Shown piece after piece: positions 46,628 through 54,861 of a stretch of 64,000 nt of DNA (the stretch's first letter is position 1; each line of letters starts with the position of its first letter). The notes under the pieces are model-generated. The model made no database searches, was not told the DNA's origin, and saw nothing but the letters and a program-made list of their open reading frames with translations. The DNA is from Candidatus Eiseniibacteriota bacterium (GTDB taxonomy: Bacteria > Eisenbacteria > RBG-16-71-46 > CAVPCR01): assembly GCA_963702435.1 (NCBI GenBank), contig CAVPCR010000005.1, positions 474,688 through 538,687 of the forward strand. The letters are read 5' to 3'. Made by a program: the position numbers and the translations under genes.

Positions 46628-48664
46628 CTACTTGAGAACGATCATGCGGCGGGTCGCGGCGCGGTCCCCCGCCTCGAGGCGGTAGGCATAGACCCCGCTC
46701 GGTACGCGATCGCCATGCGCATCGCGGCCGTCCCAGCGGACTTCGTGCCGGCCGCCCGCGAGCATCCCGTCGACGAGGGTCTGCACGACCCGCCCGGCGA
46801 CGTCGTAGATGGTGAGCCGGGCGCGCATCGGAGTCGCCAGCTCGAAGGCGATCCCGGTCGCCGGATTGAAGGGGTTCGGCTGGTTCTGCTCGAGCCGCGG
46901 CAAGGCCGCACTCCCGCCGGCCTGGGGAGTCGGGACCGGATCCTCGATCCCGACCGTGGCGCTGGTGCACGCCCGCACGTTGTCGATCAACAAGGTCCCA
47001 CCGATCCCGAACTGGTTGATCGGGCCGATGGCGTAGAACGTGCCGCAGCTCTGTCCGGGGGGGCCGAAGTCGGCGACGATCACCCGCACCCCACCCACTT
47101 CGGCGCCGTTCAGCGCGTTCAAGTTGTCGACGTTCCGGCAGTCACCGTTGATCTGGAGGTTCCTGTTGGTGTTGACGCCGAACTCGCGGTAGTTGAGGAC
47201 GATCCAGTCGGCGGTGTCCCCGAAGTCGATCCGCACATTGGCGAGGATCAAGGCAATCTCGTTCCCGGCGCCGCAAGCTCCCTGGCCGTTCTGGATCTCG
47301 ACCCGGCCATTCACCGCAACCGTACAGCCAGCTCCCGGGGGATAGAACGGGCGGACTTCGTACCTCGCTTCGCCGCTCACGAATTGATCTCCGGACTGGT
47401 AGATCGTCCCCACGGTTTGGTCGTCGAAGGCCGAGTGCAGGCGCGCCGGGCAGCTCCGGCAGTAGCTCAGGGCGTCGATCCAGAGATCCTGCCCGCCGAT
47501 CTTGAGCTCGCTGATCTCTCCGAGGAGGCGGATGGCGCCGCAGCCCCCCGGGGGCCCGTAATCGAAGACCCTGATCGCGACCCCGTTCTGATCGGTGCCG
47601 TCGAGGAGCGGGAAGTCGGCAACCGTCTCGCATTCGCCGTTCACCCCGATTGAGACGGTGCCGCTCAACTCCCCGTAGTAGATGACGACGTCGTTCACCG
47701 GGCCGCCGAAGTCGAAGTCGAGGCTCACGCCGTCGAGATGGATCTCGTTCCCCGTCCGGCAGGCGTTCTGGAGGCCGACCTCGACGTGGGCCGAACCGCT
47801 CGAGAGGATGCCGCTGCAGGGTCCTGGCAGTATGAAGTGGGGATCGACGTCGATGGTCACACCCTCCGAAACGAAGCTCGAGAACACCGGGTAGCTGCTC
47901 CCCGCCGCGAGGTCGTCGAACGCCAGTCGATCGCAGAGCTGATCGCTGCACACGGTCTCATTGACCGTCAGGTTGTCGATGCCTCCCCTGACCCTGGCCG
48001 GTCCCGTGACGCCGGCCGTCGCGACGCGGACCGCCTGGATGGCGTCCACCCAGCCGATCGAGTCATCCAGGGCCAGCTGGCCGTCGAGAGTGATCGTCCA
48101 GTGATCGGTGCCGAGGTCGATTCCGACCTGGAGGCTGACGATGTCGCCGATCGTGTAGTTGCCGATCAGAACCGGAGCCGACGTCACGCCGGAGACGAAG
48201 ATCGCGACCGTGCCATCGCCCTGGAAATGAATGGTGGGAAGGGTCGCGGCGTCGATGGTGAAGTCGAGCTGACCATTCGCATCGGCCTGCGTCACGAGGA
48301 CGTCCGCCTCGAGGCAGTAGTAGTCAGCGGCCGGGAGGTCGTCGATCCGGAAGCTGACCTGGTCTCGCGTGCCGTCGTAGCTCGTGAGCCGGAGGGGCTG
48401 ATCGGTGAGGGCGCCGAGGCTGGCGACGACGGTCGGATTGCCGGCTACGACCTGGGAGACGGTTTCGCGGGGGGCCGGGCCCGCACCGGTGGCCGGTGGC
48501 AGCCCGATCGTGTGCGGGGGAGTCGAGAAGTCCACATCGTAGAGGAGCGCGTGCGCGTCCTGAGCGGCGGCGAGCGCGGCAGAGACCACGATGAGGAGGA
48601 GAAGCGGCCGGGCCATGCGTTGGGCCGTGATCGGCCGGCGGTCGGAGTTCGTGGCGGGTCCCAT
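46628..48664 (-). CDS. Secreted protein of unknown function, paralog B (tandem duplicate of 44504-46549)
   Basis: ATG 48664 (MGPATNS) 7 nt after a GAAGGAGG SD. It has the same domain order and length (678 vs 681 aa) and is collinear with paralog A throughout. The C-terminal domain ends ...RRMIVLK. Confidence 0.75.
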   Translation of the reverse strand: MGPATNSDRRPITAQRMARPLLLLIVVSAALAAAQDAHALLYDVDFSTPPHTIGLPPATGAGPAPRETVSQVVAGNPTVVASLGALTDQPLRLTSYDGTRDQVSFRIDDLPAADYYCLEADVLVTQADANGQLDFTIDAATLPTIHFQGDGTVAIFVSGVTSAPVLIGNYTIGDIVSLQVGIDLGTDHWTITLDGQLALDDSIGWVDAIQAVRVATAGVTGPARVRGGIDNLTVNETVCSDQLCDRLAFDDLAAGSSYPVFSSFVSEGVTIDVDPHFILPGPCSGILSSGSAHVEVGLQNACRTGNEIHLDGVSLDFDFGGPVNDVVIYYGELSGTVSIGVNGECETVADFPLLDGTDQNGVAIRVFDYGPPGGCGAIRLLGEISELKIGGQDLWIDALSYCRSCPARLHSAFDDQTVGTIYQSGDQFVSGEARYEVRPFYPPGAGCTVAVNGRVEIQNGQGACGAGNEIALILANVRIDFGDTADWIVLNYREFGVNTNRNLQINGDCRNVDNLNALNGAEVGGVRVIVADFGPPGQSCGTFYAIGPINQFGIGGTLLIDNVRACTSATVGIEDPVPTPQAGGSAALPRLEQNQPNPFNPATGIAFELATPMRARLTIYDVAGRVVQTLVDGMLAGGRHEVRWDGRDAHGDRVPSGVYAYRLEAGDRAATRRMIVLK

Positions 48665-49070
48665 AGGAAAGCCCTCCTTCGGGCACGGATATGGAGGCGG
48701 CGGACGCACGCGCGAATGGCGAGGCGCGGGGAGCCCGGGGTGGGCCCGGCGTGGCTCCCTCTACCGGGGAAGGCGGGATTCCGGGCCGGGGGCGGACATT
48801 CGTGGGGAAGGCCCACGCCGACCGCGGCGAGCGGGGGACGTGGCGGCGGGGAGGGCACGCGGGTCTGCGGCGGGCACGTGGGTCCGGGGCGGGGACGCAG
48901 GCGTAGTTGCCGGCCATCGCAACCCCGAGAGCCTGGCCGGGCGGATCGACGCTGCCGACGATCAACGGCGCGGTGCCCGCGCCGTTGCCGGCTCGGCGCC
49001 GGGGTCCCAATCGCCATGTCCGCCCGCGGCTGGGGATTCCGCCTTCTCCGGCAGAGCGCCCGGGCGCACG

Positions 49071-49290
49071 GACCCGCGCCCCCGGCCACCGAGATCGCCT
49101 TCGAGCTGGCGGTGCCGATGCGCGCCCGGCTCATGATCTACAAGATGAGCGGGCGGGCGGTGGGACCCTGGTCGACGAGACGGTCGGAGCCGGCAAGCAT
49201 GAGGTCCGCTGATGGCCGCGACGCACGCGGGGCGGCCCTGCTCAGCCGAGCGGGGCCGGGCTCCGCTCCCAAGAAGGATGATCCCATCCC
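49071..49290 (+). pseudogene. Orphan, decayed FlgD/T9SS-type C-terminal domain coding remnant with no protein body upstream
   Basis: It reads ..ATEIAFELAVPMRARLMIYKMSGRAVG / TLVDETVGAGKHEVR / DGRDARG...RRMI only when three frames are combined. It is highly similar at DNA level to the C-terminal domain of 46628-48664 but lacks ~30 nt. Confidence 0.55.
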
Positions 49291-49434
49291 GGGCGCCACG
49301 GTGCGTCTATGGATGGAGGGAGCGGCGCCCCCCCCCGTGCGGGCGGCTCGCCCAGGCGGCGGGCGCCGTCCCCTGGCCTGTCGTGTTCGCCACCAACTAC
49401 TGCTGACCAAACTGAGTCTCCTGGAGGTGCCTCC

Positions 49435-50547
49435 ATGATCCCCAAGTCCCGCTCCGATGAGCGCCAGCCTCGGCGTCCAGGCCGTCACCACCGTTCTGCG
49501 CGCCGGGTCTCAGCGGCCGTGCTCGCGATCACCGGCGCGGCGGCGCTCGCGATCCCCGCTCCTTCCTCCGGCCAGGCCCTTCCCGGCGACGTGTACTTCT
49601 CCGCCGATGTCTTCCAGAGGTTCAAGTACTACGTGTTCGCAAGCAACTACGTCCAATGGGAGGACGAGACCATCGAGGGCACGTCGCTCGTGTACAGCGC
49701 CGTCCACGACACCACGACCCAGCACGGCTCCATTCACATCTCGACCGACGTGCTGGCGGAAGCCGGACGTCTCGAGTTCAACTTGAACTCCGAGATGTCG
49801 CTCAGTGCGCAATTCGGCGTCTTCCACGAAACGTACAACAACCTCACCGCGCGCCTGTACATTCGCGGGCCGAGCGGCACCCCGTACGACATGACGATCA
49901 CGACGAGCGGTATCCTCGAGGCATCACGTGAAGGCGGCCTCCCGGGTACGCTCCGGCCGGTGAACGGCACCTCGATCGCGCAGTTCGAAGAGGACAGGCT
50001 CTGGATCCAGAACGGCGGCACGTTCTCCCTGCCGCTCGATGATTTCGAGGTCGTGTCGGGCACGACCGGCCCGGAGATCCTCATCGACGGCGAGACGTAT
50101 TCCCGGGTCATCCAGCGCGTCTTCACGAGCTACGGCAGCATCTCGCAGGCGCTGTGCGTCCTGGGCTGCATGCAGGCGCCGGCGACCTTCCACTCCCTCG
50201 TCGACGCCCACGTGGCGATCAATGTGTACCCCGGCGGTGTTGCCGGCATGGGCGACGCGGCGGAGGGCCCGGAGCCCGCGGCCACCCCTCGCCTCACGCT
50301 GGCCGCCGCCCCGAACCCGGCCCGCGGCACGACCACCGTCTCCTTCGCCGCGCCTGCGGGCGACGGCGCGGTGGTCGACGTTCTCGACGTCAGCGGCCGG
50401 AAGATCGCGCGGCTCTTCGCCGCGCCGGCCACCGGCCACACGCAGACCGTCTCCTGGGACGCCGCAGGCATCCCCGCCGGCATCTACTTCTTGCGCGCCG
50501 AACAGGGCTCCGCCGCCACGACGACGAAGCTCACGCTGGTAAAATGA
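49435..50547 (+). CDS. Secreted protein of unknown function with a T9SS/FlgD-type C-terminal domain
   Basis: ATG 49435 behind a GGAGG SD, with signal VSAAVLAITGAAALAIPAPSSGQA. The ~270-aa body has no recognised motif. The C-terminus is LAAAPNPARGTTTVSFAAPAGDGAVVDVLDVSGRKIARL...VSWDAAGIPAGIYFLRAEQG...KLTLVK. Confidence 0.7.
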   Translation: MIPKSRSDERQPRRPGRHHRSARRVSAAVLAITGAAALAIPAPSSGQALPGDVYFSADVFQRFKYYVFASNYVQWEDETIEGTSLVYSAVHDTTTQHGSIHISTDVLAEAGRLEFNLNSEMSLSAQFGVFHETYNNLTARLYIRGPSGTPYDMTITTSGILEASREGGLPGTLRPVNGTSIAQFEEDRLWIQNGGTFSLPLDDFEVVSGTTGPEILIDGETYSRVIQRVFTSYGSISQALCVLGCMQAPATFHSLVDAHVAINVYPGGVAGMGDAAEGPEPAATPRLTLAAAPNPARGTTTVSFAAPAGDGAVVDVLDVSGRKIARLFAAPATGHTQTVSWDAAGIPAGIYFLRAEQGSAATTTKLTLVK

Positions 50548-50574
50548 AGATCACGGTCCTGCGGGCGCGGTCGA

Positions 50575-51171
50575 TCACGCTTCCTTGAGCTCTTGCCACA
50601 GCCAAGCCTTGGCGAACTGCCAGTCGCGGCGCACCGTGCGCTCGTTCACTCCGAGCGCGGACGCCGCCTCCTCCTCGGTCAGGCCGGCGAAGTAGATCAT
50701 CTCGACCACTTGCACCTTGCGGGGGTGGGCCTGGCCGAGTCGCTCGAGGGCCCGCTCGAGATCGAGGAGATCCACCGGCGAGCCCGTTTCGTCGAGCAGG
50801 CTCTCACTCAGGGTGACCCGCTCGAGGCCTCCGCCGCGCTTGGCGGCGCGGCGCGCTCGGGCGTAGTCGATGAGCACCCGCCGCATCACGTTGGCGGTGA
50901 CGGCAAGCAGGTGCTCCCGGCCTTGCGGCTGGAAGCCGGCGGCGCCGGCCAGGCGCAGATAGGCCTCATGGGCGAGAGCGGTCGGACGCAGCGTGCGGGC
51001 CGAGCGCTCGCCGCGGAGGAGATAGGCCGCGAGGACACGCATTTCGTCGTACACGGCGGGCAGGAGCTCGTCGAGCGCGGTGGCCGCGGTCTGCGTGGCA
51101 CGGCTCATCACCTCGCGGGCGAACTGCTCGACCAGAGCCGCCTCGCTCCCTGGCCCCGGCGTCTTCTCCAT
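50575..51171 (-). CDS. ECF sigma factor of the Ser/Thr-kinase-associated type (ECF43-like)
   Basis: 198 aa from ATG 51171. Region 2 is ELLPAVYDEMRVLAAYLLRGERSARTLRPTALAHEAYLRL. Region 4 is VEMIYFAGLTEEEAASALGVNERTVRRDWQFAKAWLWQEL. No anti-sigma gene is adjacent. Confidence 0.85.
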   Translation of the reverse strand: MEKTPGPGSEAALVEQFAREVMSRATQTAATALDELLPAVYDEMRVLAAYLLRGERSARTLRPTALAHEAYLRLAGAAGFQPQGREHLLAVTANVMRRVLIDYARARRAAKRGGGLERVTLSESLLDETGSPVDLLDLERALERLGQAHPRKVQVVEMIYFAGLTEEEAASALGVNERTVRRDWQFAKAWLWQELKEA

Positions 51172-51282
51172 TCGACGATCCTCGACTGCCGCCCGGCCGC
51201 CCTGGTGGAAAGCACGTCCCCGGCGGGAGGGGACCATTCTATGCGGCGCCGCGCCGGTGGTCCACCGAGCCGAGGAACGCGT

Positions 51283-54200
51283 TCAGGGCTGTGTATCGAA
51301 GCGGGCCAGGAACGCGGCGAGATCCTGCGTCGCGCCGCGCGCGAAGATGCGGGCGGCCTCCTCGTCGCCGAGCGTGCGCACGAGCTCCTCGCGGAACGGG
51401 AGGAATGACTGGTAGCGGTTCTTGCGCAGGGCGAACTCGCCCGCAAGCCTGCGCTCGGCCCCGCCGACAACTTCCGCGGCCAGCTCTGCGCGCCCATCGC
51501 GGGCGGCGATGCGAGCGAGGGAGATGAGCGTGTAGGCCAACCCCACCCGGTCACCCAGCCGGGACATGAGCCGCGCGGACCGCACCAGGTAGGCGCGCGC
51601 CGGCTCGATCTCGCCTTGCGCCAGGTAGAACTCCCCGAGCTGCTTCTGAGAAGCCGCGATGCCGTGCAGGTCGCGGGTTCCTTCCTGGATCGCCACCGAC
51701 TCCTCGAGCGCAGACCTCGCCTCCTCCACCCGTCCGAGCTGCGTCGCCTCCCACGCGATGTTCGCCAGCGCTTTGGATTGCGTCAGCCGATCGCCCATGT
51801 CCCGGCCCAAGCGCAAGTGCTCCTTGTGATGCTGGAGGGCGGATTCATGGTCTCCGCGCATGCCATGTGCCATCCCGATCCTTCCCGTGCACACCGCCAC
51901 GGCTCTCCGATCCCCCGTTTGCTCGAAACAGCTTCTCGCCTCTCTCCCGTGCCTTTCGGTGCCGTCGGCGTCGCCACCGAGCCAGGCCGCGATGCTCGCC
52001 GCCGCGTGCGCCGTCCCCAGGGACTCCGCATCGCCCACCTCCTGCCCGAGCGCGAGCGCCTCGGCGATCAGGCCGGCGGCCCGCTCCCGCTCCCTGAGGA
52101 GCACGGACAAGAGGCCGGCGTGGCTCAGGATCCTGACCTCCGTGGCGCGCATGGCGTGATCGCCATCACCACTCCCCCCGGCCCGCTGCTCGATCACCCG
52201 ATCCAGCCATCGCCGCCCCTCGTTCCACTGGCCGGTCTGCACCCAGTACATGCCGAGGTGATCCGCCAGCGACCGCGCGACGTCGGTCGGGCCGTCGGCG
52301 AGGGCCATGTCGATCGCGTGGACCAGGTTGGCATACTCCACCTCGATTCGCCCAAACCACACGTTCGGGTCGCTCTTCTCTTCCGGCCGGATCGCCGCGA
52401 TGGAAGCGCAGTGATCGAGGTACCGGCCGCGAACCCCCGACTTCTCTCCCGGATCCTGCCGCAGCCGGTCGCCGGCGAAGGTGCGTATCGTCTCGAGCAT
52501 GCGATAGCGCGCGGGCTGGTTGTCCGCTTCCAGCTCCGCTTCCGCCGGGGCGTCCAGCTCGACGAGGGACCGCTCAGCGAGACGAGCGAGGAGGTCACAT
52601 GCCTCCCACACCTCGATGCCGCCCCACCCGCCGCAGACCTGCTCGGCGGCGGCGAGCGTGCATCCACCGCGGAAGACCGAGAGCCGACGGAGGAAAGCCT
52701 GCTCCTCGGGGGCGAGGAGGCGGTAGCTCCAATCGACCAGCTCGCCAAGCGAGCGATGTCGCGGATGATCGGAGGGCGCCGGCCGGGCCAGCGAATGGCC
52801 CTCGGTCACGCGGCGCAGAATCTCCTCGAGCGGAAACGACCGCGTGTGGCTCGCCGCCAGCTCGATCGCCAGCGGGAGTCCGTCGAGCCCTCTGCAGATG
52901 GCGGCCACGAGATCCATGCCCTTCACGCCCGGGCCGAAGTCCGGCGCCCGCCGCCGCGCCCGCTGGAGGAAGAGCTGAACGGACTCGACATCGGCGACGG
53001 CCCCCGCATCCGCCGCGGGAAGCGCGAGCGGCCGGAGCGGGACCGCCTGCTCCCCCGGCAGGCCGAGCGGCTGGCGGCTGGTGGCCAGGACGACGGCCGG
53101 CGCCGCACGAAGCAAGAGACGCTCGACGAACCCGGTGGCACCGGGGAGCACATGCTCGCAGTTGTCCAGGATGAGGAGCATTCGCTCATCCTGCGCGGCC
53201 GCCGCCACCGCATCCACCACCGCGTCTACGTGGATCTCCCCGCTCGTCTCGCGCACTCCCATCGACCGGGCGACCGCACCGGGGACCGCGGCGGAGTCGA
53301 CGACGCTCGCCAGATCCACGAACCAGCGGCCGCCGGGGAAGAGATGTCCGCAGCGCGACCCGAGCTCAAGGGCGGTGCGGGTCTTGCCCACGCCGCCGGG
53401 CCCCACCAATGTCACGAGGCGCGAGGCGGCGAGATGACGCTCGAGATCCAGGAGCAGCGTCTCGCGCCCGACATACGAGGACCACGGAAGCGGCAAGTTG
53501 TCGCCGCGAGCGCCACCCGCCGCCGGTTGCCCGCTGCGAGGGGCGGGTGCGGGGAAGTAGGTGCGGACCTTGAGCCGGAGGTGCTCCTCTTCGAGCACCT
53601 GCCGCGCAATGGTGGCGGATGCGAGTCGCTGTTCCCGCTCGGGGGCGAGACAGGCGCGCACGAGCTCCGCAACCCGCTCGGACGGAGCCGCCGCCAGACG
53701 GTCGAGGCGTACCTCGCCGCGCGCGTTGGCCCGCAGGAGTTCCTCGAGGGAGTCCCCGCGCACCGCCGGACTCCCCACCAGGCACTCATAGAGGATCGCG
53801 CCGAATGCCCACAGGTCGGTCCGCGAGTCCACGTCCTCTTCCCGGCACTGCTCGGGGCTCATGTAGCCCGGCGTGCCTCCCGGGGATGAAGAGCCTTGCC
53901 GGCCCGCATCCGGCGCCTGGAGCAGCCGCGCGAGCCCGAAGTCGAGGACCTTGACCCAGCCCCCGGGGGAGATCCGGATGTTCTGCGGCTTCAAGTCGCG
54001 ATGCACCACCGACCGGGCATGGGCGGCTTCGAGCGCCGCCGCGATCTGCCGGCCGTAGTCGAGACACAGCTCGGCGGAGAGCGGACCTTCCTCGAGCCTC
54101 TCCGCGAGCGTGGCCCCGGCGACGTACTCCATCGTCAGGATCGTCAGAGGATGGCGTCCGGCGGCCTCCACTTCTTCGACGGAGTGAACCTGCGCCACGT

Positions 54201-54582
54201 TCGGGTGATTGATCCTGGCGAGCGTCCGCGCCTCGTCGCGCAGCCGCGCCGCCAGCGAACGTCCCAGCGCCGCCCGCGCCAGGACCTTGATCGCCACGAA
54301 GCGGCCGAGATCGGGATCGTGTCCGCGATACACGACGCCGAACGCGCCCCGGCCGATCGTGCCCTCGATCGCGTACTTCCCGAGGTGGGTGGGGACTTCG
54401 GCGGAGCCCGCGGGCGGCGGCGCCAGGAATCCCTGGGCCTCGGCGGCGGCCTCGAGCAGACGATTGAGCCTGTCGTGGAGATCCGGGTCGCTCTGCCGGA
54501 GCGCGCGGAGGCGTTCGCGTCGCCCGCCGGCATCGAGGTCGATCAGATCGTTGAACAGCGTTTCGAGCAGGTGGTCGTGCAT
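51283..54582 (-). CDS. Ser/Thr protein kinase fused to a P-loop NTPase (STAND/AAA-like) module and a long TPR array (kinase 1, RD-type)
   Basis: 1099 aa. Kinase motifs are GRGAFGVVY, AIKV, HRDLKPQNI, DFGLAR and GYMSPEQ. These are followed by Walker A GPGGVGKT, Walker B-like LLILDNCEHV, and then >450 aa of TPR-like helices. Confidence 0.9.
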   Translation of the reverse strand: MHDHLLETLFNDLIDLDAGGRRERLRALRQSDPDLHDRLNRLLEAAAEAQGFLAPPPAGSAEVPTHLGKYAIEGTIGRGAFGVVYRGHDPDLGRFVAIKVLARAALGRSLAARLRDEARTLARINHPNVAQVHSVEEVEAAGRHPLTILTMEYVAGATLAERLEEGPLSAELCLDYGRQIAAALEAAHARSVVHRDLKPQNIRISPGGWVKVLDFGLARLLQAPDAGRQGSSSPGGTPGYMSPEQCREEDVDSRTDLWAFGAILYECLVGSPAVRGDSLEELLRANARGEVRLDRLAAAPSERVAELVRACLAPEREQRLASATIARQVLEEEHLRLKVRTYFPAPAPRSGQPAAGGARGDNLPLPWSSYVGRETLLLDLERHLAASRLVTLVGPGGVGKTRTALELGSRCGHLFPGGRWFVDLASVVDSAAVPGAVARSMGVRETSGEIHVDAVVDAVAAAAQDERMLLILDNCEHVLPGATGFVERLLLRAAPAVVLATSRQPLGLPGEQAVPLRPLALPAADAGAVADVESVQLFLQRARRRAPDFGPGVKGMDLVAAICRGLDGLPLAIELAASHTRSFPLEEILRRVTEGHSLARPAPSDHPRHRSLGELVDWSYRLLAPEEQAFLRRLSVFRGGCTLAAAEQVCGGWGGIEVWEACDLLARLAERSLVELDAPAEAELEADNQPARYRMLETIRTFAGDRLRQDPGEKSGVRGRYLDHCASIAAIRPEEKSDPNVWFGRIEVEYANLVHAIDMALADGPTDVARSLADHLGMYWVQTGQWNEGRRWLDRVIEQRAGGSGDGDHAMRATEVRILSHAGLLSVLLRERERAAGLIAEALALGQEVGDAESLGTAHAAASIAAWLGGDADGTERHGREARSCFEQTGDRRAVAVCTGRIGMAHGMRGDHESALQHHKEHLRLGRDMGDRLTQSKALANIAWEATQLGRVEEARSALEESVAIQEGTRDLHGIAASQKQLGEFYLAQGEIEPARAYLVRSARLMSRLGDRVGLAYTLISLARIAARDGRAELAAEVVGGAERRLAGEFALRKNRYQSFLPFREELVRTLGDEEAARIFARGATQDLAAFLARFDTQP

Positions 54583-54861
54583 GGGTTCGCGGGCCGGGTC
54601 CGACGCGATCGATGGCGGCGACGGTCACTGCGCCGTCCTGGGGAGCAGGCTCCACTATAGCTCGAATCGCCGAGTGGTGGCTCGGTTGCCATGGTCCACC
54701 CTGCGCCCCCACCGGCACCGCGACGCGCTGCCGCCGATCACGGCGCGCCGGTGGCAGGCTGCACCCTCAACCGCGCAGACAGGCTTTCCCGAAGACCTGA
54801 AGCGCCTCGGAGTCAAAGCGATCAGGCGAAGCGGCGGCGGCCGGCACCCCAGCACGAACCA

